From: an uncultured Ignavibacteria bacterium
Lineage (GTDB): Bacteria; Bacteroidota; Ignavibacteria; UBA10030; UBA6906
Direction: 5' to 3'
DNA: 64,000 bases
NCBI GenBank assembly: GCA_963780165.1
Contig: CAWABB010000007.1
Coordinates: 35,173 to 99,172, forward strand
Part shown: piece after piece, positions 48,367-57,943 of the stretch
Numbering within the stretch: position 1 is the stretch's first letter
How the letters are laid out: the number at the start of each line of letters is the position of its first letter
Notes under the pieces: generated by a model
The model's input: only the letters and a program-made list of their open reading frames with translations
What the model was told of the DNA's origin: nothing
The model's database searches: none
Position numbers and translations under genes: made by a program

Positions 48367-49869
48367 ATGATCAACTTCGAACAATTCTCATCACGTGCGG
48401 CCGAAGGCAACGTGGTTGTCCTTACGCGGACGCTCATGGCGGACCTGTTGACGCCCGTGTCGACATACCTCATGCTCCGTTCGCAGCAATCGCCGTCGTT
48501 TCTCCTCGAGAGCGTGGAGCCGAACGAGAAGATCGGACGCTATTCGTTCATCGGAAGCGGACCGGTCATGACCGTCCGTGCGCGCGGGCAGGAAGTGACG
48601 ATCGCGCGCAATGGGTCGACGGAGACGCGCGCCGGATCGATTCTCACGGTCCTTCGGGAGGAAACCGAGCGGTTCTCCCAGGCCTACGATCCCGAGACCG
48701 GAGCCTTCGCCGGCGGGTTCGTCGGGTATCTGGGGTACAACGCGGTCAGGGACATCGAGAGGATCCCGATCCCGGCGCCCGCAGCTGATGAGGAGGACGA
48801 TGCGGTGTTCGGACTGTTCCCCACAACCGTCCGGTTCGACCACCGGAATCAGATCATCACCCTCTCGCATGCGGTATTGATCGACAGGAACATTCCGCTC
48901 CGCGACCAGTACGAACAGGGCAGGAAGGCCATTGAGGCGCTCGAGTTGAAGTTGCGTGGCTATTCTCTGCCGCCGACAAGCTTTCAGTGCGCGGTCGTGG
49001 GTTCGGGCGACCAGGTCGATCATGCATCGTTCTGCGCGGCCGTTCGCAGGGCGAAGCAGTACATCACCGAAGGGGATATTTTCCAGGTCGTGCTTTCGCG
49101 CCGCGTCACGCGGCGGTTCTCGGGCGACCCGTTTGCGGTGTACCGGGCGCTCCGCATGATCAATCCATCCCCTTATCTGTTCTATCTGGATTTCGGAGAC
49201 ACACAGCTCATCGGCTCATCCCCTGAGGTCCTCGTGCGCTCGCGGCAGGGGAAGGTTGAGGTTCTGCCCATCGCAGGAACACGGAAGCGCGGTGTGGACG
49301 AGGCTGAGGATCGCCGCCTCGAGACAGAGCTGCTTAACGATACCAAGGAGCTGGCGGAACATCTGATGCTCGTGGATCTCGGGCGCAACGACATCGGTCG
49401 GTTGTGCTCGTACGGAAGCGTCACCGTGCCAGTGTTCAAGCGCGTCGAACGCTACGCGCATGTGATGCACCTGGTCTCTGAGGTCGCGGGAGCCCTGCGC
49501 CCTGACGTCTCGCCCGTGGATGTGCTGACCGCCTGCTTCCCTGCAGGAACCGTGTCCGGTGCGCCGAAGGTTCGCGCGATGGAAATCATCGCCGAGCTCG
49601 AGCCGCGCGCAAGAGGAGGATATGCCGGTGCCGTCGGGTACATCGGATTCGACGGAACGCTCGACACCTGCATCGCGATCCGCACGATCATCGCTCACGG
49701 CTCCACGCTCAAGATCCAGGCGGGAGCGGGGATCGTCGCGGATTCGGTCCCGGAGTCCGAGTACGAAGAAACAATGAACAAAGCCCGTTCGATGCTCGAA
49801 GCGGTCCGGATGGCCGCGTCCGGACTGTCGGCGGCTGACATGGCGGAACGCTGGGGTGTGCGACGATGA
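48367..49869 (+). CDS. trpE: Anthranilate synthase component I
   Basis: FLLES, GDIFQVVLS, NPSPY, PIAGTR, EHLMLVDLGRND, GAPKVRAM. Confidence 0.96.
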   Translation: MINFEQFSSRAAEGNVVVLTRTLMADLLTPVSTYLMLRSQQSPSFLLESVEPNEKIGRYSFIGSGPVMTVRARGQEVTIARNGSTETRAGSILTVLREETERFSQAYDPETGAFAGGFVGYLGYNAVRDIERIPIPAPAADEEDDAVFGLFPTTVRFDHRNQIITLSHAVLIDRNIPLRDQYEQGRKAIEALELKLRGYSLPPTSFQCAVVGSGDQVDHASFCAAVRRAKQYITEGDIFQVVLSRRVTRRFSGDPFAVYRALRMINPSPYLFYLDFGDTQLIGSSPEVLVRSRQGKVEVLPIAGTRKRGVDEAEDRRLETELLNDTKELAEHLMLVDLGRNDIGRLCSYGSVTVPVFKRVERYAHVMHLVSEVAGALRPDVSPVDVLTACFPAGTVSGAPKVRAMEIIAELEPRARGGYAGAVGYIGFDGTLDTCIAIRTIIAHGSTLKIQAGAGIVADSVPESEYEETMNKARSMLEAVRMAASGLSAADMAERWGVRR

Positions 49870-50441
49870 TCCTCGTGATCGACAACTACGATTCGTTCAC
49901 GTTCAACCTCGTTCAGCTCATCGGCTGTGTCGAGGGGGATGTGATGGTGCGGCGCAATGATCAGATCGGGATTGAGGAGATCCGGACGCTGGCACCGCGC
50001 GGCATCGTCATCTCTCCGGGCCCGGGTCGGCCGGAGAACGCCGGCATCAGCGTCGAAGTGATCCGGCAGATGGGGCCCACGACGCCGGTGCTTGGCGTGT
50101 GCCTCGGGCATCAGGGCATCGGCCTCACGTTTGGCGGGAAGGTCGTCCATGCCCCAACGTTGATGCACGGGAAGACCTCTCAGGTGTTCCATTCGGGTTC
50201 GCGACTGTACAAAGACGTCCCGAGTCCTTTCACCGCGACGCGCTACCATTCATTGGTGGTTTCGACAGATGACTTGCCGCAGGAGTTGGAGGTAACGGCG
50301 CAGACCGAGGACGGGGTCATCATGGGGTTGCGGCACAAGCGTTTTCCGATCGAGGGGGTGCAGTTTCATCCTGAGTCGATATTGACCGAGAAGGGCGAGC
50401 AGATCGTCCGTAACTGGCTGGAGGGCACGAAGCGATCATGA
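49866..50441 (+). CDS. trpG: Anthranilate synthase component II (glutamine amidotransferase)
   Basis: IDNYDSFT, SPGPG, GVCLGHQ, QFHPES. Confidence 0.95.
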   Translation: MILVIDNYDSFTFNLVQLIGCVEGDVMVRRNDQIGIEEIRTLAPRGIVISPGPGRPENAGISVEVIRQMGPTTPVLGVCLGHQGIGLTFGGKVVHAPTLMHGKTSQVFHSGSRLYKDVPSPFTATRYHSLVVSTDDLPQELEVTAQTEDGVIMGLRHKRFPIEGVQFHPESILTEKGEQIVRNWLEGTKRS

Positions 50442-51448
50442 AACAGTTCATCGAGAAAGTCGTCGAGGGCCGCGACCTGACCGCGGACGAGGCCGCCGGA
50501 GCGCTGGAACAGATCATGACCGGGAATGCGACGGATGCACAGATCGCCGCGCTCCTTGCCGGACTCCGTACGAAAGGGGAGACGGTCGGCGAGATTGTCG
50601 GCTTCGCACGAACCATGCGTCAGCACTCCCTAAAGGTGCGCGCCATAGATACGGACGCGATCGACATGTGCGGCACGGGAGGCGACGGCAAGGGGACGTT
50701 CAACATCTCGACTGTCGCTTCGTTCGTGGTCGCAGGGGCGGGTGTGACGGTCGCGAAGCATGGGAACCGGTCCGTCTCCAGCAGGAGCGGAAGCGCGGAC
50801 CTGCTCGAATGCCTCGGCGTGAAGATACAGATCGCTCCCGAACGGGTAGAGGGCTGTCTCAACGAGGTGGGCCTGGCATTCCTGTTCGCGCCGGCATTTC
50901 ACCCGGCGATGAAATCGGTGGCGAAGGCCAGGACAGAGATGGGAGTCCGGACCATCTTCAATATCCTGGGCCCCCTGACGAACCCCGCGGGCGTCACGAA
51001 GCAGGTGGTCGGGACGTACTCTCCGGCGGTTCAGCAGAAGCTCGCGGAGGCGATTCGTGCGCTCGCCTCCGAGCGTACCTGCGTCGTGCACAGCGAGTCC
51101 GGTCTGGACGAGGTATCAGTGAGCGGCCGGACGCACGTCTATGAGGTTGCGGGCGCCGGTGAGCCCAGGGAATATGCCCTGTCGGCAGAGAGCTTCGGAT
51201 TGTCGGATGCCGGCGGGAACGGGATCTCCGGCGGGACGCCTGCGGAGAACGCGGAGATCGCCATGAGGGTACTCGAGGGCGAAACGGGGCCTGCGCGTGA
51301 TGTCGTACTCGCAAACGCCGCTCTCGGCATCTACGTTTCGGGAAAGGCGATGAATCTCGAAGATGCCAGCGCAAGGGCCAGAGAGTCCCTCGATTCGCGC
51401 CGCGCGCTCGGCATTCTTCAACGACTGGTGGACCATACGAACGCATGA
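50438..51448 (+). CDS. trpD: Anthranilate phosphoribosyltransferase
   Basis: CGTGGD, NIST, KHGNRSVSS, GPLTNP. Confidence 0.96.
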   Translation: MKQFIEKVVEGRDLTADEAAGALEQIMTGNATDAQIAALLAGLRTKGETVGEIVGFARTMRQHSLKVRAIDTDAIDMCGTGGDGKGTFNISTVASFVVAGAGVTVAKHGNRSVSSRSGSADLLECLGVKIQIAPERVEGCLNEVGLAFLFAPAFHPAMKSVAKARTEMGVRTIFNILGPLTNPAGVTKQVVGTYSPAVQQKLAEAIRALASERTCVVHSESGLDEVSVSGRTHVYEVAGAGEPREYALSAESFGLSDAGGNGISGGTPAENAEIAMRVLEGETGPARDVVLANAALGIYVSGKAMNLEDASARARESLDSRRALGILQRLVDHTNA

Positions 51449-52230
51449 CGATCCTCGACGAGATCCTGGCACACAAGCGGGAGGAGGTGGCCGCGGCGAA
51501 GCGCACCACTCCGCTGGAACGGCTGCGGCAGATGCCGGGGTATGCTCGTCCGACACGGTCGCTCCGCTCCGCGCTGTCTGCCAGTGGGCCAGCGGTCATC
51601 GCCGAGGTGAAGAAAGCCTCTCCGTCGAAGGGGGTGATCCGGGCCGACTTCGATCCACTGAAGATCGCCGAATCGTACGTGCGGCATGGCGCGAGGGCTC
51701 TGTCGGTCCTGACAGACGAGAGGTTTTTTCAGGGAAGCCTTCAGTACCTCTCCGACATCCGGGAGCGCACCGCGGTCCCGGTCCTGCGGAAGGACTTCAT
51801 CGTTGATGCGTATCAGGTGCATGAGACGAGGGCGTACGGTGCCGACGCGATTCTCTTGATCGCTGCGGCTTTGTCGCCTGAAGTTCTCCGTACGCTCCAC
51901 AACGAAGCGGAACAGCTGGGGCTCGATGTGCTGGTGGAAGTTCACTCCGCGGAAGAGATTGACGCATTGCGAGGGATAGGCGTCTCGATGTACGGCGTGA
52001 ACAACCGGGATCTCAGGACATTCGAGACGTCGCTGGATGTGACAGTCCGGCTGGCGGGAATGATCCCGGAGGGGGCCCTGCTCGTCAGCGAAAGTGGGAT
52101 CAGGGACAGGAACGATGTTGCCATGCTGATGTCGCACGGAGTGAACGCCGTGCTGGTTGGGGAGTCCCTGATGAGGGCGCCCGATCCGGGCCTCGCGCTG
52201 GCGGAGCTCCTGAATGGAGCGCTTGGATGA
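51445..52230 (+). CDS. trpC: Indole-3-glycerol phosphate synthase
   Basis: IAEVKKASPSKG, SVLTD, LRKDF, GVNNRDL, SESGI. Confidence 0.96.
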   Translation: MTILDEILAHKREEVAAAKRTTPLERLRQMPGYARPTRSLRSALSASGPAVIAEVKKASPSKGVIRADFDPLKIAESYVRHGARALSVLTDERFFQGSLQYLSDIRERTAVPVLRKDFIVDAYQVHETRAYGADAILLIAAALSPEVLRTLHNEAEQLGLDVLVEVHSAEEIDALRGIGVSMYGVNNRDLRTFETSLDVTVRLAGMIPEGALLVSESGIRDRNDVAMLMSHGVNAVLVGESLMRAPDPGLALAELLNGALG

Positions 52231-52865
52231 CGTTCTTCGAGGGAAATGGCAGCGTGCGGATCAAGATTTGCGGCATCACGCGGGTCGAGGATGCTGCGGC
52301 GGCTGTTGCGGCTGGAGCCGATGCCGTCGGCTTTGTCTTTGTCTCATCCAGCCCGCGCGCGATTTCAGTTGAGGCTGCTGCACGTATCATCGAGACCCTT
52401 CCACAGTCCGTGACGCCTGTAGGCGTATTCCTCCGTCCGGCGGCAGACGAGATTCGTGAGGCTGCAGGAGTCGCTGGTATCAGACTCGCCCAGGTCCTTG
52501 AGGCACGGGGCATTGAGCGGAAGGATGTTCCCATTTCCCTCCTCCATGCGGTTCGTGTCGGACCACACTTCAACCATGCAACGCTCCGTGAGTGGGGAAT
52601 GCCTGAGTACCTCCTTGACACTCATGTTCAGGGACGCGATGGAGGGACGGGTCAGACGTTCGACTGGAGCGTTGCGGCAGAGGCGGGAAAGTATGCTCGC
52701 ATTGTGCTCGCCGGCGGACTGACGCCCGAGAACGTGGGTCGTGCGATCGAAGTGGCAAAGCCCTATGCGGTCGACGTAAGCACCGGAGTGGAGACGGCTC
52801 CCGGCCTCAAGTCCGCCGCAAAGATTGAAGCATTTGTGAAAGCCGTCCGCGCGTCGCAGTCCTGA
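52227..52865 (+). CDS. trpF: Phosphoribosylanthranilate isomerase
   Basis: [28 protein letters not shown]. Confidence 0.94.
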   Translation: MTFFEGNGSVRIKICGITRVEDAAAAVAAGADAVGFVFVSSSPRAISVEAAARIIETLPQSVTPVGVFLRPAADEIREAAGVAGIRLAQVLEARGIERKDVPISLLHAVRVGPHFNHATLREWGMPEYLLDTHVQGRDGGTGQTFDWSVAAEAGKYARIVLAGGLTPENVGRAIEVAKPYAVDVSTGVETAPGLKSAAKIEAFVKAVRASQS

Positions 52866-52935
52866 CACGGCGGTGAATTCCCACCCGGGGACAGCTCCCT
52901 GCCCCCGGTGCTACAGAAGAAAGGATCTGGCATCC

Positions 52936-53967
52936 ATGCTCGTTGTCATGAAAGCCCACGCGACTCCTGAAGAGATCGCTGCAGTGAAGCGGAAGATCAC
53001 CTCGATGGGGTACCGTCCGCACGAGATCCCCGGGGCGCTGCGGGTGGCAATCGGTATCACCGGCAATCGTGAGAAGATCAACCCCGAGAGCTTCAACACG
53101 ATGGGCGGGGTCGAGCAGGCGATCCCGGTATCGAAGCCGTACAAGCTTGTCGGGAAGGATGCCCGGCCCGACGGCGGCGGGGTGGACGTCGACGGCATCA
53201 CGATTGGAGGGCGCGAGCTGGCAGTCATGGCCGGGCCGTGTTCCGTCGAGAGCTGGGAGCAGCTGATCACCACGGCTCGGGCGGTGAAGGAAGCCGGGGC
53301 GCGATTCTTGCGCGGAGGTGCCTACAAGCCTCGCAGTTCTCCGTACAGCTTTCAGGGGATGAAAGAGGAGGGTTTGGTACTGCTGCGCGAAGCCCGGGCC
53401 GAGACGGGGCTGAAGATTGTGACCGAAGCACGCGATCCGCTGACACTGCCGGCGGTGGCGGAGGTCGCGGACATTGTCCAGATCGGCGCGCGGAACATGA
53501 GCAACTTCTCTCTCCTGGAGGCGGTAGGGGAACTCCGCAAGCCCGTGCTGCTCAAGCGCGGGATCTCAGCAACGATCGAAGAGCTCTTGATGGCTGCCGA
53601 ATACATCGCCGCCCGCGGAAATCTCAACATCATCCTCTGTGAGCGGGGGATCCGAACCTTCGAAACGGCCACGCGCAACACGCTCGACATCAACGCCGTG
53701 CCTGTCCTCAAAAAGCTGACGCATCTTCCGGTCATCGTCGACCCCAGTCACGGGATAGGGATGTGGGAAGGCGTCCCCGCGGTTGCGCTGGCGGGAGTTG
53801 CGGCCGGTGCCGATGGGCTGATGATCGAGGTACATCCCGAGCCTGAGAACGCGCTGTCGGATGGCTACCAGTCGCTCAAGCCGGGCAGATTCAGAGATCT
53901 CATGGTGAAGGTGCGCCGCATCGCTGAGGTCGTTGACAGAACGGTGCATGAGGAGGTGCCGGCATGA
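52936..53967 (+). CDS. aroF: DAHP synthase type I-beta with an N-terminal regulatory domain
   Basis: [43 protein letters not shown]. Confidence 0.93.
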   Translation: MLVVMKAHATPEEIAAVKRKITSMGYRPHEIPGALRVAIGITGNREKINPESFNTMGGVEQAIPVSKPYKLVGKDARPDGGGVDVDGITIGGRELAVMAGPCSVESWEQLITTARAVKEAGARFLRGGAYKPRSSPYSFQGMKEEGLVLLREARAETGLKIVTEARDPLTLPAVAEVADIVQIGARNMSNFSLLEAVGELRKPVLLKRGISATIEELLMAAEYIAARGNLNIILCERGIRTFETATRNTLDINAVPVLKKLTHLPVIVDPSHGIGMWEGVPAVALAGVAAGADGLMIEVHPEPENALSDGYQSLKPGRFRDLMVKVRRIAEVVDRTVHEEVPA

Positions 53968-55169
53968 CGGGGAAGACTGCTGCGTCCGGCTCCTACAGCT
54001 TCCCGGACGCGCGAGGATACTTCGGTGAGTTCGGTGGCCGGTTCGTTCCGGAGACGCTGATGCCCGCGCTGTTCGAGCTCGAGCGCCTCTACGAAACGGC
54101 ACGCGCCGATGCCAGCTTCCAGCGCGACTTCGAGCGGATGCTCTCGGAGTTTGCGGGGCGCCCGACACCGCTGACATTTGCGGAGAGACTGACTGAACAC
54201 TTCGGGAAAGGGAAGATCTACCTGAAGCGGGAGGACCTCTGCCACACGGGGGCACACAAGATTAACAACACGATAGGGCAGATCCTGCTCGCGAAGCGGT
54301 CGGGAAAGACCCGCATCATAGCGGAGACGGGGGCGGGCCAGCACGGCGTCGCGACGGCTACGGTTGCGGCCAAGCTCGGCATGCAGTGCGTCGTGTACAT
54401 GGGAGAGGAAGACACCGTGCGCCAGGAACTGAACGTCCGTCGCATGCGGATGCTCGGTGCGGAGGTGGTGCCGGTGACATCAGGCACGCGCACGCTGAAG
54501 GATGCGACCAGCGAGGCGATCAGGGATTGGGTCACGAACGTCCGGGACACATTCTATATTATTGGTTCGGTGGTGGGGCCGCATCCGTACCCGAGGATGG
54601 TGAGAGATTTCCAGACCGTGATCGGCCATGAGACGCGGCGGCAGATCCGGGAAGTCGAGGGGAGAGATCCGGACATTCTCCTTGCATGCGTGGGTGGAGG
54701 CAGCAATGCGATCGGGTTGTTCCATCCGTTTCTGGACGCCGATGTGAGAATGATTGGAGTGGAGGCTGCCGGACTCGGACTGGATTCCGGCAAGCATGCT
54801 GCGACGCTGTCGCTTGGACAGCCGGGCGTGCTGCACGGGTCGCTCAGCTATGTGCTTCAGGATGACGATGGGCAGGTCGCGCTCGCGCATTCGATCTCCG
54901 CGGGCCTCGACTATCCCGGGGTGGGCCCGGAGCACAGCCATCTGAAACTTGTTGGGCGGGTTGAGTATGGAGCGGTGACGGATCGGGAGGCGCTGGCCGG
55001 AGCGCATCTGCTTGCCCGTCTTGAGGGGATCATTCCCGCGCTTGAGACTGCGCACGCGCTTGCGTACCTGAACAGTCTGATGCCGCAAACGAATGCCCGT
55101 GACATCGTGATCGTGAATGTGTCGGGCCGGGGTGATAAGGACATTGCAGCGTTGACCAGCCATGAGTGA
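53964..55169 (+). CDS. trpB: Tryptophan synthase beta chain
   Basis: [32 protein letters not shown]. Confidence 0.97.
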   Translation: MTGKTAASGSYSFPDARGYFGEFGGRFVPETLMPALFELERLYETARADASFQRDFERMLSEFAGRPTPLTFAERLTEHFGKGKIYLKREDLCHTGAHKINNTIGQILLAKRSGKTRIIAETGAGQHGVATATVAAKLGMQCVVYMGEEDTVRQELNVRRMRMLGAEVVPVTSGTRTLKDATSEAIRDWVTNVRDTFYIIGSVVGPHPYPRMVRDFQTVIGHETRRQIREVEGRDPDILLACVGGGSNAIGLFHPFLDADVRMIGVEAAGLGLDSGKHAATLSLGQPGVLHGSLSYVLQDDDGQVALAHSISAGLDYPGVGPEHSHLKLVGRVEYGAVTDREALAGAHLLARLEGIIPALETAHALAYLNSLMPQTNARDIVIVNVSGRGDKDIAALTSHE

Positions 55170-55950
55170 CCGACTGCAGAAGCGTCTCGAGGGTTTGAGG
55201 TCCCGGAAGAAGCGGGCCCTGGCGTTCTTCTATACTGCCGGCTATCCGGCGATCGATTCGACCGTGCAGGTCGGGCGTGCGCTTGCTGCGGGTGGTGCGG
55301 ACATCATCGAGCTTGGCATGCCGTTCTCGGATCCCCTGGCGGACGGGCCGGTGATACAGAAGAGTTCAGAGGCAGCGCTCCGCAACGGGATGTCGTTGAA
55401 GTTGCTCCTGGAGCACGTGCGTCTTCTGCGGAATGAAGTTGATGTTCCGATTGTGCTGATGGGCTACCTGAACCCGATCATGCGGTACGGCTCGAAGAAG
55501 TTCTTCGCGGAGGCGGGAAGTGCGGGTGTGGACGGTATCATTCTGCCGGAGCTGCCGCTTGAGGAAGCAGGGAGGTATGCAGAGGAATTGCGTGAGGCGG
55601 GTCTTGCGCAGATCCTTCTTGTGACGCCCACGACACCTCCGGCTCGGCTGGCGGAGATTGATTCCCTGGCGTCCGGGTTTGTCTATTGTGTCTCGATGAC
55701 CGGTGTAACGGGTGGGCAGGTCACTGGGGGCGTGTCCGCGTACCTTCGGGGAGTCAGGGAGCGCGTCACGCAGAATCCTATGTTGGTCGGGTTTGGTATT
55801 TCCACGCCTGACCAGGCCGCCGTGATGGGAGCGGAGGCCGACGGTGTCATTATCGGGAGTGCCTTGATCCGTCAGTTGGAGAAGCCGGGTGCCGTGGCGG
55901 CTCTACCCGGTTGGGTCCGCACGTTCCGCGAGGCAATCGACCGCATCTGA
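55162..55950 (+). CDS. trpA: Tryptophan synthase alpha chain
   Basis: [32 protein letters not shown]. Confidence 0.96.
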   Translation: MSDRLQKRLEGLRSRKKRALAFFYTAGYPAIDSTVQVGRALAAGGADIIELGMPFSDPLADGPVIQKSSEAALRNGMSLKLLLEHVRLLRNEVDVPIVLMGYLNPIMRYGSKKFFAEAGSAGVDGIILPELPLEEAGRYAEELREAGLAQILLVTPTTPPARLAEIDSLASGFVYCVSMTGVTGGQVTGGVSAYLRGVRERVTQNPMLVGFGISTPDQAAVMGAEADGVIIGSALIRQLEKPGAVAALPGWVRTFREAIDRI

Positions 55951-56547
55951 ACCTCTTCACCCTTCTCTTTGAGTAGGTTCGTCACCCCTCAGTCTTCCTC
56001 GCTTCCTTGGTGATTCCCTGTTCAGGTTGCCATCTTTCGCGTCCACTGCAGCCCTCGTCATTCATCCATCCTCGTGTCCTCACCCTGTCCAAGTGGCTTG
56101 TGGCTTGCCAAGGCATCCTGCGGGTTGTGTCTTGCCCACTTGTTTTGTGCCTTGTCTAGGCCTTTGGTGGGTTGCCCTTGGGTTCTGTGCCCTGCTCCGA
56201 GGTCTTGTGCCCCGGCCCTGAGTCCATCGCCGCTCCCCAACATCCTCTGCTTTGCCTCAGTGTCGCCCGTGCTCATTTCATGTGCTTCACCCATCTCTCT
56301 TCATGGATTCATCACCCCTCTGTGTTCATATCGCAGTCACCTATCTTTCATCACTGCCATCACCCACAAAAAAAAGTTTTGCGTTCGATCGAAAAAACTC
56401 GGATGACTGAGTAGGATGGGTAGAACACAGCTCATCGAGTTTGCCTGGCGTCGCTTGTTCCCTGCCGCATGTGGCCCTTCTCTTGCGCGGCTGAAGTGAC
56501 GCACTGCTTTCCGCATCACTAGCGTTCAAGTTTGTCCCGAAAACTGT

Positions 56548-57090
56548 GTGAACCCTATGGCGGACACCCCTCCAACCCGGTCTGGAGTTAAGCCTTCTGA
56601 TCTCTGGATCGCAGCCTACAAACAGTACTTCGCGTTCTGGAAAAATCTCGCGAGGACTATTCATCTGTCGTCCGAAGAGGCTGAGGACGTCGTGCACACC
56701 GTGATCGCAGGATTGCTCACGGATGGGGCGCGCGACTTTGAGTCGCTCGAACACCTGAGGAACTACGTATCGCGAAGTGTTCTCAACAGGGCGATGCAAT
56801 ACAAGCAGCGGTCGAAGCGGTTCTCCGTCTGGGAGGAGGCCGTGGAGGTGAAGCTAGCGTGTGCCCCCGATCTGGCCCCGGGAGACGCCGAGCTTTTACA
56901 GGGCTCGTTCAGGCGCGGGTTGCTTCGACTGTCGGACAGTGATTTCCAGCTAATCAAGTTACGGTTCTTTACGGGACTGACGTTTGCCGAGTTGAGCACG
57001 CTCCTGGGCATGCCCATATCGACGCTCAAGAGTAGGGAAATCTCCGCGTTGCGCAAACTTCGCACCTGGATGCGCGACGACGGGTTCTAA
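56548..57090 (+). CDS. ECF-type RNA polymerase sigma factor
   Basis: Region 2 EEAEDVVHTV..YVSRSVLNR; region 4 LRFFTGLTFAELSTLLGMPISTLKSR. Confidence 0.8.
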   Translation: MNPMADTPPTRSGVKPSDLWIAAYKQYFAFWKNLARTIHLSSEEAEDVVHTVIAGLLTDGARDFESLEHLRNYVSRSVLNRAMQYKQRSKRFSVWEEAVEVKLACAPDLAPGDAELLQGSFRRGLLRLSDSDFQLIKLRFFTGLTFAELSTLLGMPISTLKSREISALRKLRTWMRDDGF

Positions 57091-57129
57091 TCACTCCACG
57101 GTCCCACTGGATCGTGTCTGGAGGATACT

Positions 57130-57936
57130 ATGGCCCCGAAACTTAGTCCTTCCCAGCTTTCCGATTTTGTGCTCGGGAAACTCTCGCCTGAAGAATCCCT
57201 TCGCGTGCTCGACGAGCTCGAGCGTGACCCCGAAGCTTCGGAGACTGTAGACTACTATGCTTCCTTGCTTGCCTATGCTCGAGGCGAGGGGAGGTCGGTC
57301 TTTGAAGATCGGGTGAATGGGCGTCAAGGTGGCTCGTTCGCCGAGGTACGGCGTGCGGTCCGCCGTGTCTCCCACCGGCGGTGGGTCTTCGCTGCCGCTG
57401 CGATACTTGCTCTGAGCATCTTCGTGGGCCTGCTGATTCGCGGGAAGTCCATCCTCTGGGGTGACGATGCCAGGTACGCTGCGCTGTCGGAGGTGGAGTT
57501 CGGCGTTGGCATTCGGGCCGAGACTGATGACAATCTCCTGGTGGCGATGAATCTCTTCCATGAAGGTGAGTACGACAGGTCCATCCGGATTCTGGAGAGG
57601 TCGATAAAGAGGGAGCCTGCACATCCGCATTTGGACTTCGTGAACTACTCGCTTGGTTTGGTACATCTTGTCGCGGCCGAAGGAAGTGGGAGTGGTCCCA
57701 TCAGGGTTTTTGACCGGGAGCATGTTCGTCAGGGGCTCGAGGGTCTGAGGCGGGCAGCAATGTTGACCGCGAGTTCACGGTTGGCTGAAGAGTCCTACTG
57801 GCTGATGGCAAAGGGGCATCTGATGGTCGGGGAGACGGAGGAAGGGATACGATTTCTGCAGAAGGTAATCGAGTTGGGGGGACAGCGTGGGGGAGAAGCC
57901 ACGAGGTTGAAGGTCCTTATCGAGAGTGAGGAGTGA
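57130..57936 (+). CDS. Putative anti-sigma factor: short N-terminal domain, one TM helix, TPR-like C-terminus
   Basis: LSDFVLGKLSPEE, TM WVFAAAAILALSIFVGLLI, TPR-like YSLGLVHL and YWLMAKGHL; directly follows the sigma gene. Confidence 0.65.
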   Translation: MAPKLSPSQLSDFVLGKLSPEESLRVLDELERDPEASETVDYYASLLAYARGEGRSVFEDRVNGRQGGSFAEVRRAVRRVSHRRWVFAAAAILALSIFVGLLIRGKSILWGDDARYAALSEVEFGVGIRAETDDNLLVAMNLFHEGEYDRSIRILERSIKREPAHPHLDFVNYSLGLVHLVAAEGSGSGPIRVFDREHVRQGLEGLRRAAMLTASSRLAEESYWLMAKGHLMVGETEEGIRFLQKVIELGGQRGGEATRLKVLIESEE

Positions 57937-57943
57937 AGCTGCC

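Noticed and set aside
48391-55163. Many long antisense ORFs over the trp operon (and over other genes in the window)
   Set aside because: Shadow ORFs expected from high-GC codon usage opposite well-supported genes
56027-56414. Cys/Leu-rich short ORFs between trpA and the ECF sigma
   Set aside because: Products of the pyrimidine/purine skew; no coding signature or motif
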